A DNA stretch of 64,000 nt from an uncultured archaeon (GCA_964473825.1 CAYYQL010000004.1:64001-128000); one strand, 5' to 3'; counted from the stretch's first letter, positions 9,580-20,308 are shown. Translations and numbers: made by a program. Notes: a model not told the origin generated them from the letters alone.

Positions 9580-10641
9580 CTAGAACTGGGGGGCGTCCTC
9601 AAGCTCACCTGCGAAGTGACAGGCCGCAAAATGGCCGTCGCCCATATCTCTGTCCTCGGGCATCTCTCGCACACAGATTTCCTGCGCATACGGGCACCGG
9701 GGGTGAAAGCGACAACCAGATGGAACGTTGATTGGGCTTGGTGGTTCTCCCTTGAGAGATTCCACACGTCGCTTCACAGTTGGGTCACCAGACGGGACTG
9801 CAGATATGAGCGCCCGAGTGTAGGGGTGATATGCGTTGAAGGCAACTTCGTGCGCGGGTCCCAACTCCACGAGCTTCCCAAGGTACATGATTCCGATTCT
9901 GTCTGCGATATATGTTGCGACAGCCAGGTCGTGGGTGATGAAGAGGTATGTCAGACCCATTTCCTTTCTGAGATCCAGCAGGAGGTTCAGAATCTCTGCA
10001 CGAATGGATACATCAAGCATCGAAACTGGCTCATCCGCAACCATGAACTCTGGATGAAGGATGAGCGCTCGGGCCGTTGAAATCCTCTGTCGCTGACCCC
10101 CTGAAAGCTCGTGGGGATAGCGATCGATATAGTCTTCTGCCGGTGTTAGTGCAACACTTTCGAGAGCCTCAAGTACCCTCTCTCTTCGCTGACTTGGAGT
10201 AAGCGGAAGTTTGTGTACAGACAGTGGTTCTGCCACTATGCTGTAGATGCTCTGTTTTGGATTCAGCGACTCATAAGGATCTTGGAACGTGATCTGCATC
10301 CTCTTGCGAAGCTCCTTCATCTCATTCCGGTCAAGCTCGTCTAGGCTCTGTCCTGCGTAGATGACTTCTCCATCAGTTGGTTCTTCAAGATAGAGAATGG
10401 TGCGTCCTGCTGTGGTCTTGCCGCATCCTGACTCACCTGCAAGTACGAGAATCTCTCCCTTCTTGATATCAAGAGTTATTCCGTCGACTGCACGTACATA
10501 GAGTTCCTGTTTATAGAGCAGCGATGACAGGAATCCTGTGTTGACAGGGAACCATTTTGTCAGGTTTCGTATCTCGATGAGGGGCTCCCCTTCCGAAACA
10601 TCTGCTAGTCCTGTGAGGTGTCTACTTTCTTGCAATGTCAT
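9580..10641 (-). CDS. oppF: Oligopeptide ABC transporter ATP-binding subunit
   Basis: GESGCGKT, LSGGQRQR, ADEP, HPYT, C-terminal GCRFHPRC. Confidence 0.95.
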   Translation of the reverse strand: MTLQESRHLTGLADVSEGEPLIEIRNLTKWFPVNTGFLSSLLYKQELYVRAVDGITLDIKKGEILVLAGESGCGKTTAGRTILYLEEPTDGEVIYAGQSLDELDRNEMKELRKRMQITFQDPYESLNPKQSIYSIVAEPLSVHKLPLTPSQRRERVLEALESVALTPAEDYIDRYPHELSGGQRQRISTARALILHPEFMVADEPVSMLDVSIRAEILNLLLDLRKEMGLTYLFITHDLAVATYIADRIGIMYLGKLVELGPAHEVAFNAYHPYTRALISAVPSGDPTVKRRVESLKGEPPSPINVPSGCRFHPRCPYAQEICVREMPEDRDMGDGHFAACHFAGELEDAPQF

Positions 10642-10647
10642 CTTTCA

Positions 10648-11637
10648 TCACTCCAGATCTACCGTCAATTGACCCTTGAGCTTCTCAGCAAAGTGGCATG
10701 AAACCCACCTACCTGGGTCAACCTCATCAAATGAGGGCTCTTCACGCGTACAGATTTCCTGCGCGTAAGGGCACCTAGGATGGAATCTACAACCAGTTGG
10801 CGGGTCTATGAGGTCAGGAGGTATGCCCGGAATAGACGTGAGTGTCTTCTTCTCCGCTTTCACCATGCTTGGAATCGCACCAACAAGGCCAGTTGCGTAG
10901 GGATGTATTGGATCCTTGTATACTGAAACGACATCTGCGAGTTCTGCGATACGTCCTGCATACATGATTGCCGTCTTATCACAGGTCTCTGCAATAACGC
11001 TAAGGTCATGAGTAATCAGAATCAATGAGAGGCCAAGGTCTTTCTGTAGCTTCTGCATGAGCTTCAGAATCTGTGCCTGGATTGTGACGTCAAGCGCAGT
11101 AGTTGGCTCGTCTGCAATCACAAGGTCCGGATTGCATGCCAGAGCCATAGCAATCATGGCTCGTTGACGCATTCCTCCTGAGAACTCGTGTGGATAGTTA
11201 TGTATCCTTCCTGGGTCCAGACCGACCATCTCGAAGAGTTTGGCGCATCTGTCAAGCGCCTCTTCTTCTGTCACATTCTCGTGCATCAAAATGGCCTCGG
11301 CAATCTGCTCGCCGATTTCGAACACAGGATTGAGTGCGTTCATTGCGCCTTGGAAGACTATGGCCACATTTTTCCATCTGATGTCTCGCATCTCTCTTGC
11401 ACTTTTGCGCAGTAGGTCTTCTCCCTTGAAGTAGACGTTTCCACCGACAATGTTGGCAGCCGGCGGTAGCAGCTGCATGATCGAATATGCAAGACTGCTC
11501 TTTCCACACCCGCTCTCTCCTGCAAGTCCAAGAGACTCGCCTGATTCAAGCTGAAGGGAGACGTTGTCTACTGCTTTTACCAGACCCCTCTGGGTCTGAT
11601 AATACATGCGCAGGTTCCTAATATCTAACAATGGCAT
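10648..11637 (-). CDS. oppD: Oligopeptide ABC transporter ATP-binding subunit
   Basis: [40 protein letters not shown]. Confidence 0.95.
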   Translation of the reverse strand: MPLLDIRNLRMYYQTQRGLVKAVDNVSLQLESGESLGLAGESGCGKSSLAYSIMQLLPPAANIVGGNVYFKGEDLLRKSAREMRDIRWKNVAIVFQGAMNALNPVFEIGEQIAEAILMHENVTEEEALDRCAKLFEMVGLDPGRIHNYPHEFSGGMRQRAMIAMALACNPDLVIADEPTTALDVTIQAQILKLMQKLQKDLGLSLILITHDLSVIAETCDKTAIMYAGRIAELADVVSVYKDPIHPYATGLVGAIPSMVKAEKKTLTSIPGIPPDLIDPPTGCRFHPRCPYAQEICTREEPSFDEVDPGRWVSCHFAEKLKGQLTVDLE

Positions 11638-11951
11638 GATACTGATCTCCGCCGGAGCTTCTCTAGTCCGGGTCTGTTCGTTACCCTTCGAGCTGAGGTT
11701 CCTCTTGAGTGGGCTTAAATATGTTGCTTTCTAAGAGAGCGACGACATCGAGGTACCTGCTCAAGTACGGACCTGTGCTATTTTGTTTATAGTGTTGAGG
11801 TATGGGAAATCATGACGGGAACCTAGTACACGAAAATGCAGGCACTCATGAACGCCTTCTGTCCATGAGCCGGCAATCCCGCCGACCAGACGATACCGGA
11901 TGGCACAGGTCGAAAACATGAAAAGCCCTCGGTTGGTTTCTAGGAATTGCA

Positions 11952-12281
11952 GTGATTCCGATGTCTGTGAGGTCGTTTCCTGAAAACAGAGATGAACCAA
12001 GAAAGCGGGTTCTCCTTATACCTGTGATTTTACTGGTTGGCGGCGGACTTTTGATGTGGCTTCACCCGGTGCTATCAACTGGATTCATCGGGGCCGTTGT
12101 TGCCCTCACGGGGGTCATGTCAATCTTCTTGGTGGGCATGGTCTACGCTGATTTGTGGGTGGCGCATCGCAGGACGAAGCAGATGATCAAAGAGCGTCAG
12201 GCCTCGTTTCAAGAAGAAGAGTCTGACGCAATGGATGACTATGACCCATTCATGGACAAGCTTGAAGATGAGAGCGAATGA
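11952..12281 (+). CDS. Small hypothetical membrane protein (2 TM, acidic tail)
   Basis: Two hydrophobic segments followed by an acidic C-terminus. Confidence 0.6.
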   Translation: MIPMSVRSFPENRDEPRKRVLLIPVILLVGGGLLMWLHPVLSTGFIGAVVALTGVMSIFLVGMVYADLWVAHRRTKQMIKERQASFQEEESDAMDDYDPFMDKLEDESE

Positions 12282-12448
12282 GATACAATAGGCAATGGTT
12301 TTATCAAATATACGCAGACCATGACCTTTTTTAGGGTTTTCTTGCGGGTTTTGATATCGGAAGAATAAGTGAAAGGAGCGATTCTCACTGATTCGGGATG
12401 TAGATTTCCGGACTCGAGGTTGTCGTTCCTGAAAACGGAGGTCAGTGT

Positions 12449-14023
12449 TTGTCCCAAAAAACCGAAAAGAGTTGGAAAGACAGCAATTGGTATGTAAGCA
12501 TTACAGGTTTCTGGAAGGAGTATAGAAAACACCGCATGGGAATTATTGGTCTTGCTATAATAGCCCTTTATGTTGGGATTGCCGTCGGTGCTCCCTTGAT
12601 TGCCCCATACGACCCATCTCCGAGCAACAAGATTGCCCCAAGTTTTCTTGCTCCTGGGTGGATGCAGGTCTTCGATCCTACAGGTGTGCAGTCTGGCGAG
12701 TTTCTACCTGATACCAATATCACAAACCCGAATGAGAACTCCGTAGAGGTCTTCGGGAGCGATACGTACGGCGCAGGATCGTCTTTTGAGGCAGCGCACA
12801 ACTCAGAAGAGAACTACATGGATCTCACGTGGAACCATCAAGCCGGAGACAATCCTGGGTTCATCATTATGCCCGACAGTGATATGCCTGATACTGAGAA
12901 CTTCATCTACTTCTACCAGGAGTTCGAATGGTTGTTCAACGGACTTCCTTCGGATGGCAATCTCACTCTTGAACTATCGGTCAAGCTGGAGGGCTCTTTC
13001 GCAAATGAATCATCTGGCGGTCTGATGTTCAAGATATATGTCTGGTTCATTGACCCCTCTGGCAACTTCAGAAAGGTATACGATTCATCACCCCCCTACC
13101 GCGAAGATTGGATACAGCGAAGGATTGGCATCAACTACTTCGACATAGCTGAGGTATTCGGCGGAATGGTTCCCGATGAAGAAGGGAACATCGAGGATCC
13201 TGACAGGATTGTCAGATTCGCTGTGGGTATTGCACCCACGAGAAACTTCCGATTCTTTGATAGCAGGTATCCGTATCAAGAATACAGTGGGTCTGTTAAA
13301 GTAAGTGTCCGTAGGGTAGGCGCAATAATATATGGGAACTACTTCGGGATTCTCGGTACTACTGACAAGGGCGCCGATGCGTTCAGTCAGTTGATTTACG
13401 GGGCACAGATATCACTTATCATAGGCGTTCTCGCAACTGGTCTCTCCACGGCTGTTGGTGTAATTGTTGGAATGACTGCAGGATACTTCGGTGGAAAGGT
13501 CGATGAGGCTTTGATGAGAGTTGTTGACTTCCTCTTGGTCATTCCAGGATTGCCCCTGATGATGGTCCTTGCGGCCTTTCTGGGCCCAAGCATCGGAAAT
13601 ATCATCCTTGTGATCTCTATTCTGGGGTGGACAGGGACCTCAAGGTTGATACGCTCACAGGTGCTTGCAGAGAAGAACAAGGCCTACGTTGAATCTGCGA
13701 GAGCAATAGGCGCGTCGGATACGTACATAATATTCCGACACATCTTACCAAACGTAACTCCAATCCTCTTTGCAAACATCACACTCGGTGTTGTTGGAGC
13801 AATCCTATCAGAAGCAGGTCTCTCATTCCTCGGTCTCACTGACCCCAGTGTGGCCAGTTGGGGGCGAATGCTGGCTGATGCCCGAGACTCTGGAGGGTTC
13901 AGCAGCGGTGCATGGTGGGTTGTCGTCTTCCCAGGAATGATGATCACCGCGTTGTCACTGGCTTTCACCTTCGTAGGGCATACCCTGGATCAAGTACTGA
14001 ATCCACGACTTCGGGAGCGATAA
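12449..14023 (+). CDS. oppC: Oligopeptide ABC transporter permease with large extracytoplasmic insertion
   Basis: LGTTDKGAD, YGAQISL, YVESARAIGAS EAA loop, HILPN, LNPRLR; ggaggt SD before the TTG start. Confidence 0.92.
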   Translation: MSQKTEKSWKDSNWYVSITGFWKEYRKHRMGIIGLAIIALYVGIAVGAPLIAPYDPSPSNKIAPSFLAPGWMQVFDPTGVQSGEFLPDTNITNPNENSVEVFGSDTYGAGSSFEAAHNSEENYMDLTWNHQAGDNPGFIIMPDSDMPDTENFIYFYQEFEWLFNGLPSDGNLTLELSVKLEGSFANESSGGLMFKIYVWFIDPSGNFRKVYDSSPPYREDWIQRRIGINYFDIAEVFGGMVPDEEGNIEDPDRIVRFAVGIAPTRNFRFFDSRYPYQEYSGSVKVSVRRVGAIIYGNYFGILGTTDKGADAFSQLIYGAQISLIIGVLATGLSTAVGVIVGMTAGYFGGKVDEALMRVVDFLLVIPGLPLMMVLAAFLGPSIGNIILVISILGWTGTSRLIRSQVLAEKNKAYVESARAIGASDTYIIFRHILPNVTPILFANITLGVVGAILSEAGLSFLGLTDPSVASWGRMLADARDSGGFSSGAWWVVVFPGMMITALSLAFTFVGHTLDQVLNPRLRER

Positions 14024-14033
14024 GGCTCTTCAC

Positions 14034-14080
14034 GGAAGAGAGGTCACTATGACCTGTCTTCCTTCTTCCTTTTCTTGTTT
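14034..14080 (+). terminator. Hairpin plus pyrimidine tract after oppC
   Basis: gaagagaggtca/tgacctgtcttc stem then cttcttccttttcttgttt. Confidence 0.55.
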
Positions 14081-14280
14081 GATTCTTCACTTCGGGTTGT
14101 CAAGAATGAAATGAGAACCCTAGACTCTGAAGACTCTCGTGTTCTAAGGTGATTGTGTGCAAACACAGCTTGTAATCGCCCAGAGCATTAGGCTTATATT
14201 GTGGAAGAGTGGTGACTTAACTAGCTACGCTACTTAGTGATACTAGGTACTTAAACAACTATACTGAAGTGATTAGAACC

Positions 14281-15336
14281 ATGGGATTAAGAGAGTATGT
14301 AATTAGACGGTCCATCTACATGTTCCTGCTTGTAGTTGCTGTGGTGTGTTTCAACTTCTTCCTCTTCAGACTCCCCACATTTATACTCGGCATCAGCCCT
14401 GTAGACCTCATGATCGATGACAATCTCAGGCGGAATCTCACGAGGCAGGCGCTGGAAGAGCTCTACTTTCGATTCGGTCTGGTTCCCGACCCTGATATGT
14501 TTGATTGGATCTACATGTTTTGGCGCTATCTTGTCAACATGTTCACCGGCAACTTCGGTGTTTCATTTGTCAGTCAGAAGCCTGTTATCGATGAAATAAT
14601 GCTGAGGCTTCCAAACACACTCCTACTCATGGGCACCTCGTCCATTGTTGCTATCATTTTGGGTATCTGGACTGGAGTGAGGGTGGCTGCCGACCCCGGC
14701 TCCCGAAAGGATGTCAGTGCCGTCACTGTGGCATTGTTTATCTACGCGCTGCCCGTCTTCTGGATGGGAATGATGTTGTTAATGGTATTCTCATTCTATC
14801 TGAATACCGTCACTGGTGGTTTGATTGGCTTTCCTCTGAAAGGGACAATAGATCCTTACCTGTGGTTGGAAGTAAAAGCCTCAAACAATCCCTTCGGAGG
14901 GATAATCATGGCGTTCGACATCCTCCATCATCTCTTCTTGCCGATGATCACTCTAGGTGTTGGTGGATATGGTGGATACTTCCTATATATGCGCAACAAT
15001 CTCATTGACGTAATGACGGAGGACTACATCCTCACAGCACGTGCAAAGGGCCTTGATGAGAATCAAGTGCTGTACAAGCATGGCCTAAAGAATGCCCTTC
15101 TGCCCATGGTGACTATAATCGCAATGACCTTTGGATTCTTGATCAATGGGGCGACGCTTACAGAAACGGTGTTCAACTGGAATGGGTTGGGGCGTTTCAT
15201 ATTCCGAAGTCTCTTCCGTCTGGACTACCCAGTTGTACAGGCAATCTTCATGATCATTGCTATCACCGCTATCTTGGCCAACTTCGTGGCGGACTTGCTT
15301 TACGGAGTACTTGATCCAAGAATCAAGTACGGGTAG
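14281..15336 (+). CDS. oppB: Oligopeptide ABC transporter permease
   Basis: GNFGVSF, RLPNTLLL, EDYILTARAKGL, ETVFNWNGLG, LDPRI. Confidence 0.95.
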   Translation: MGLREYVIRRSIYMFLLVVAVVCFNFFLFRLPTFILGISPVDLMIDDNLRRNLTRQALEELYFRFGLVPDPDMFDWIYMFWRYLVNMFTGNFGVSFVSQKPVIDEIMLRLPNTLLLMGTSSIVAIILGIWTGVRVAADPGSRKDVSAVTVALFIYALPVFWMGMMLLMVFSFYLNTVTGGLIGFPLKGTIDPYLWLEVKASNNPFGGIIMAFDILHHLFLPMITLGVGGYGGYFLYMRNNLIDVMTEDYILTARAKGLDENQVLYKHGLKNALLPMVTIIAMTFGFLINGATLTETVFNWNGLGRFIFRSLFRLDYPVVQAIFMIIAITAILANFVADLLYGVLDPRIKYG

Positions 15337-15806
15337 TGAACAACTCCTAAGAAACCTGCTTGAGCTGAGCATCAACTGGTGTTTCCAACAGAGGAAAGTG
15401 CGTCAGAGGCGGCGCGCTACTACCATGGAAGAACGAGACTGATGCTCAGTCTTGCAGGTGTGACAGGTTCAGGGAATGTAGTTTCATCGAACCCCAGCAT
15501 GAACTTGTCCGAGAGCACCTTTTTCATCATGAATGGCATACACGCATTATCCTCCCCGCAGTTGAGGTAACGCCGTCGGGAGGCATCAAGAACCCCGAGG
15601 ACAATCGGTGTTCCTGAGGGAGTTGTCGGTTCTCTCTCAGAAGCGGATCTTGGTCCAACTTCTAGTTATCATCTGCCAGAAAGAACACTCACAGCATCAA
15701 TATCCGGTATCTCCTATGTGTATCCAATCGCAGCATAACGCTTTTATCATCCACATGACAAAATCAGAACAATCCGATTTCGACTCGGAAGGAGATAGAG
15801 AGAATA

Positions 15807-17681
15807 ATGATAAGCAATCGTGCAAAGCGAATACTTGCTCTTGCGTTCGTTGCTGCCTTCACGTTTATGGCAATGTCACCGATGTTTGCCAAGGCACAGA
15901 CTTTTGACTACGGACTGAAAGAAGGTCCGTTTGTCGACAATCTTGTGTTCAACGTGATAGAGGGCGACGACCAGCAGGTTCTCGCACTGCAAAACAATGA
16001 GATTGACCTCATCGGAGACATGGTCGATCCTGTCCACCTGCCGACTCTGGACGCAGCTGAAAATATCGAGGTTGCAAACGTGCAGCGGAACGGGTACGGA
16101 TATGTCACGATCAACACTGCCAAGTATCCTATGAACGTCACGGCATTCAGAAGAGCTCTTGCCTTTGCTCTGGACAAGTATGCAATCTCGGAAGATGTCT
16201 GGGAGGGTCTCTCCCTGCCACAGGACTCCCCTGTCCCACAGGTCAACCCCTGGTCAAGTGAGGGACTCTTGGACTACACCTACTACGAGTCCAATGTTGC
16301 CCTGGGAAAGGAACTGCTTGAGGCTGCTGGCTTCAACGATACCGATGACGATGGTTGGTATGACACTGGTCCAAATGGTCCCTGGGAGAACAGAGGCCCC
16401 AATGGCGAGATCCTCGTCGAGTGCGCTCAGTCCTCCAACATCGCTATCGAAGTTGGATCTCTTGTTGCCGAGGCACTCAATAACCTCGGGATACCGGCTG
16501 TTTCACAGCCAACAGACTTCTACGAGTACCTTGTCCGGCTGTACTTCCACGGCGACTACGACATGACCTTCCTCGGTTCCAGCTTCGGCAGCTTCAATGT
16601 TGACTGGCTGGCCTACGAGTACTGGTCAGAGTACGCAGATGAGGACTATTGGAACTTCCCCAACTTCAGGAACGCAACCTTTGATAGCTGGAGAGATCAG
16701 CTGCTATATTCGACTGAGTATGATGACGTCTATGAGGCAGCCTTTGAGATGCAGAAGATCTGGGTCTATGAGAGCCCGATGGTCATCTGCTACTCGAACA
16801 CCCTGCTCTCGGCCTACAGGACCGATCGGTTCGAGGGTTACGTCAACGATGTCAGCGGTGGTGTGCCTGGATGGTGGACGAACTACAAGGTTCATCTGAA
16901 GGACGATGTGGGTGGTCCGTTTGGTGGATCATTCCGCTGGAGCAATCCCCTTGACCTTGACACCTTCAACTTCATGGCAAGCTCTTCAGCTTACACCATG
17001 AACGTCTTGGCCCAGCTATACGACGGCTTGCTCACCCTGGATCCAAATGGTGAAGACTTGCTATGGCTTGCTGAGAGCTTCACTGTAGAGACCCACGATG
17101 ACAATGATGCGATTCCTGAAGGTCATACGAGGTTCGTCTTCAATATGGTCCAGAATGCAACCTGGACTGATGGAGAACCTCTGACCGCCTTTGATGCTGC
17201 CTTCTCGCTGAACTTCTATCGTGATGCGCCAGGCAACCCATACGGTGTCGATCTAGTTGACGTGACCGCAGCCTTCGCTCAGACGGACTACACACTGGTT
17301 GTTGAGTTCAACACTGAGTCATACTGGCACCTGACCAACATTGCATACAAGCCGATCATCCCGAAGCACGTCTTCGAGTTGATTCCGCTTGACGAGTGGA
17401 CCCAATGGAATCCCAATCCTCCGAGTGAGGCCATGGTGACCTCCGGCCCATTCAACATATCTGAGTATGTTGCAGGTGAGTTCACAGAGATGGCTCGCTT
17501 CGACGACTACGTCTTTGCTCCATCTGAGCCCACAGACACCACAACCACCACTACAACTACAACCACAACCACCACGGTCGAGCCGACTGAAGTTGACTTC
17601 ACCATGGCTATCGTGGCTGGTGCTGTTGGTGCAGCAGTTGTGATTCTGGTTGGCGGCTACGTGCTCATGAGACAGAGATAG
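15807..17681 (+). CDS. oppA: Oligopeptide ABC transporter substrate-binding protein (family 5) with signal peptide, Thr-rich linker and C-terminal TM anchor
   Basis: FRRALAFALD, WTDGEPLTAFDAAFS, GPFNI; archaeal poly-Thr linker plus TM tail. Confidence 0.92.
   Translation: MISNRAKRILALAFVAAFTFMAMSPMFAKAQTFDYGLKEGPFVDNLVFNVIEGDDQQVLALQNNEIDLIGDMVDPVHLPTLDAAENIEVANVQRNGYGYVTINTAKYPMNVTAFRRALAFALDKYAISEDVWEGLSLPQDSPVPQVNPWSSEGLLDYTYYESNVALGKELLEAAGFNDTDDDGWYDTGPNGPWENRGPNGEILVECAQSSNIAIEVGSLVAEALNNLGIPAVSQPTDFYEYLVRLYFHGDYDMTFLGSSFGSFNVDWLAYEYWSEYADEDYWNFPNFRNATFDSWRDQLLYSTEYDDVYEAAFEMQKIWVYESPMVICYSNTLLSAYRTDRFEGYVNDVSGGVPGWWTNYKVHLKDDVGGPFGGSFRWSNPLDLDTFNFMASSSAYTMNVLAQLYDGLLTLDPNGEDLLWLAESFTVETHDDNDAIPEGHTRFVFNMVQNATWTDGEPLTAFDAAFSLNFYRDAPGNPYGVDLVDVTAAFAQTDYTLVVEFNTESYWHLTNIAYKPIIPKHVFELIPLDEWTQWNPNPPSEAMVTSGPFNISEYVAGEFTEMARFDDYVFAPSEPTDTTTTTTTTTTTTTVEPTEVDFTMAIVAGAVGAAVVILVGGYVLMRQR
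17535..17577 (+). repeat. ACN codon run encoding a poly-Thr linker
   Basis: accacaaccaccactacaactacaaccacaaccaccacg, synonymous third positions vary. Confidence 0.85.
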
Positions 17682-17690
17682 ATATAGCTC

Positions 17691-17724
17691 AGGGGACCAC
17701 GGTCCCCTTTTTCCTTTCTTTTCT
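17691..17724 (+). terminator. Hairpin plus T-tract after oppA
   Basis: aggggacc-ac-ggtcccct followed by ttttcctttcttttct. Confidence 0.7.
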
Positions 17725-17791
17725 GACTGAAGATTGCATTGAACCTATCTTCTTTAACGGTTGAATAGCAGCAACACTAGGTGCTGGGCCG

Positions 17792-18661
17792 ATGAATATC
17801 CACAGGGATCATCTCACAGTCATTGCTTTATCTTCCCTTCCGATAGTTGTGGGTTCTCTAGTGGCTGGAGCCGTAAAGAATACCGCATTGATTGGAGAGG
17901 TGATCGGGAATACTTCCGGGTTCACAATCATCGATCTTGCCGTTCAAGCTCTTGTCTCGACAGTATTGGGGGTAATGGTCGTATACGCTCTCTTCTATCT
18001 GATGAAGCAGAGTGGCCGAGGGGGTAGGAAACTTGTGGTTGCCCTTGTTGTGTCACCCATTCTGGGATTTGTGTCCATCTTCATAGGGCAGGCATTCCTG
18101 CTCATTCTGTTCAAGGGCAGTACCAGTGTGCTTGAAGGGATTCTGCTCGCAGTTTCTGTGGGGGTATCGATGATGTCTCTGGCGCTTGTGATCATAGATG
18201 TCATTCCACCGCTGCTCAGGAATCTGTTTGTAGCCTTCTACGGCAGTATCTTTGGCACCTTTCTCGGTGTGACCATGGTCACCACGAGCATGGTTGTTCT
18301 GATTGTATCATTGGTAATCGAGGACTATCTCCTGACTGCACACTCACCAATGGCAGACGATGAGTTCATGAGCGATGCCATCGGCTCGGATCCGTTCGAC
18401 TACACTCGAATAAAGTCCGAACAGGTCATGATTGGCGTGGGTGATTTTGTTGCGTATTCTCTGATTGGCGCACATGCCATGGTGTTTTTCCCAATATATG
18501 TCTGGATGCTTTCAGTTGTCCTTGCAGTTTTGGGGATTTTCATCAATACAGTGGTCTTTGCCAAAGCTGAAGAGGTCTTACCTGCTATTCCACTTCCCGC
18601 CATCCTTTCCGTGTTTCCTTGGATTGTTCACCTGGTGACACTATCAGTTCTCTCAGCATAG
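17792..18661 (+). CDS. Presenilin/SPP-like (A22) GxGD intramembrane aspartyl protease
   Basis: About 9 TM segments; IEDY (first Asp, normally YD), IGVGDF (GxGD), LPAIP (PAL-like). Confidence 0.75.
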   Translation: MNIHRDHLTVIALSSLPIVVGSLVAGAVKNTALIGEVIGNTSGFTIIDLAVQALVSTVLGVMVVYALFYLMKQSGRGGRKLVVALVVSPILGFVSIFIGQAFLLILFKGSTSVLEGILLAVSVGVSMMSLALVIIDVIPPLLRNLFVAFYGSIFGTFLGVTMVTTSMVVLIVSLVIEDYLLTAHSPMADDEFMSDAIGSDPFDYTRIKSEQVMIGVGDFVAYSLIGAHAMVFFPIYVWMLSVVLAVLGIFINTVVFAKAEEVLPAIPLPAILSVFPWIVHLVTLSVLSA

Positions 18662-18708
18662 CGGTGCGCAGAGCAAAAACAAGATATTGACAAGACCAAT
18701 GGAATACA

Positions 18709-19260
18709 GTGTGGATGGATATGATATCCGATACGAGACCCCAGAATGCGATTGTCGTTATAACAATCATTGCGGGAATAATAGGAGCGACGAGCCTCTA
18801 TTCTGCTGCATCATACTATGGTGGTAGTTATGTACTTGTGCAGCGTTTGGATGTTGAACTCACAGAGATGCGCCTTGGGAATTTTGATCCGCTCAATATG
18901 AGTGTGGACCCCGCACTGTCAGCATTCTTTCAGTTTACAGCTCCTGAGATTGCAAGCGGCAAGACCCGTTTAGAATCTCTGACCGCCTCGATATACCTAA
19001 ATGGTGAGTCTTTCAACTATGCCAATTTCAGAAGGAACATCCCCGCCGAAGACAAGCTTGTCACCTCTGGATACAATAAGACGTTCTCAGTGGGCTCTAC
19101 TCTGGAATTAGACCAAGACAAACAGCTAATCTATGACGCTTACATAGCTGAAGACTGGACATTCAGTGTCACATTGTCGATATTCTACACAGTCTTCGAA
19201 AGCCGTGCCCAATCAGTACGTGTCATGACATTCGTCTATTCTGCGAATTTTACTTTCTGA
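18709..19260 (+). CDS. Hypothetical membrane-anchored beta-rich protein
   Basis: N-terminal TM helix followed by a beta-sandwich-like domain. Confidence 0.65.
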   Translation: MWMDMISDTRPQNAIVVITIIAGIIGATSLYSAASYYGGSYVLVQRLDVELTEMRLGNFDPLNMSVDPALSAFFQFTAPEIASGKTRLESLTASIYLNGESFNYANFRRNIPAEDKLVTSGYNKTFSVGSTLELDQDKQLIYDAYIAEDWTFSVTLSIFYTVFESRAQSVRVMTFVYSANFTF

Positions 19261-19270
19261 CCAACCAAGA

Positions 19271-20308
19271 TCATTCGGCCAGCAGAGCCTTCAATTCGGA
19301 TATTCTATCCACACTGGCCGCATCGACTCCCCTTAGGTCAGCTAACTCAAGCGAGACGGTGTCGAGGTAGAAGGTGAGTGCAAGCATCTCCTCCAATTTG
19401 CTCTCACTTGGAATGTTCAACGTGTTTTGTTCCTGTGATGCCATCACAATCTTTGTGGCATCAAAACGCCGTCCCATGCGCGCACTCTCAAAAGTACTGT
19501 CCAGGAAGATCGTGCGAATTGAGAGGCGTTTGTACGAAGATGACGCCTCTATCTCGTTGTGGTTTGCCTCGGGCATCTCCAAGGAAAAGGCAACATGCTT
19601 TGCGTTCTCATTGAATTGACACTTGGCTCTGTATGCCACAGGAAGCAGGTGCCCGTGGGCAATGAAGACCGGCACCGAGTCGGTCAGTTTGGATGCTAGT
19701 ACCTCTGGGCTGTCTAGATCTTTCCCCCACTTACTTCGACTCAACGCCACTCGCCTGGAGATATCATTGAAGTCGGTATGTGTAAGATTGAGAAGGCGCT
19801 GGGTGAGTCCCAGAGTCAAGGATAGAAGTAGGGGAAGAGCAGCCCTCGGCTGAAGTCCTGTAGGGATTCGCTGAGTATACCCGGTTTCCGAAATGGCTGC
19901 TAGCTCTCCTCCAGTTGTTATGGAGAACACCTTGCAAGGGCGTCTCCTCGCCTCTTGGTAGGCCGAGAGCGTTTCCTCAGTGTTGCCGGAGTAGCTGACT
20001 GCAAGAACGACCCAGTTTTTGTCAACAAAGGCGGGGAGCGAATAGTCTCTCGTGACCACGATAGGAATCTCTGAGATCTCGGAAAGCAGTGCTCTGACGT
20101 ACTCACCTGAAATCGAGCTGCCACCCATGCCCACGAAGCAGAGTCCTCTCGGCCCTTCCTTCGAAACCTCTTCTGCAGATTCTATTATTTCTCTGTCTGG
20201 GCGAACGATACGGAGGAGGTCTGGAAAAGATCGAATCATCTCTCTCATGTCATTCTCTGGTATGTCAGCTATTCTCAATGCTTTCACTTCAAATCCATCC
20301 TCAGTCAT
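19271..20308 (-). CDS. Bifunctional phosphoglucose/phosphomannose isomerase (SIS family)
   Basis: GMGGSSISG, SYSGNTEET, QPRAA, QFNENAK, PEANHNEI. Confidence 0.93.
   Translation of the reverse strand: MTEDGFEVKALRIADIPENDMREMIRSFPDLLRIVRPDREIIESAEEVSKEGPRGLCFVGMGGSSISGEYVRALLSEISEIPIVVTRDYSLPAFVDKNWVVLAVSYSGNTEETLSAYQEARRRPCKVFSITTGGELAAISETGYTQRIPTGLQPRAALPLLLSLTLGLTQRLLNLTHTDFNDISRRVALSRSKWGKDLDSPEVLASKLTDSVPVFIAHGHLLPVAYRAKCQFNENAKHVAFSLEMPEANHNEIEASSSYKRLSIRTIFLDSTFESARMGRRFDATKIVMASQEQNTLNIPSESKLEEMLALTFYLDTVSLELADLRGVDAASVDRISELKALLAE

Noticed and set aside
9511-10080. Long antisense ORFs (also 770-1204, 4183-4728, 35403-35924, 40304-40648, 56686-57240 and others)
   Set aside because: Shadow frames opposite well-supported genes, with no motifs of their own
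11810-11945. ykkC/guanidine-type riboswitch suggested by AAAAGCCC and GGAACCTAG
   Set aside because: Motif pieces lie on inconsistent strands and in the wrong order
15388-15655. RNase P RNA suggested by GAGGAAAGT
   Set aside because: Continues GCG rather than CC, and no complementary 3' P4 strand (ACAGAA...GCTTA) was found
17535-17577. Microsatellite or CRISPR-like repeat
   Set aside because: Explained by the poly-Thr linker codons of OppA
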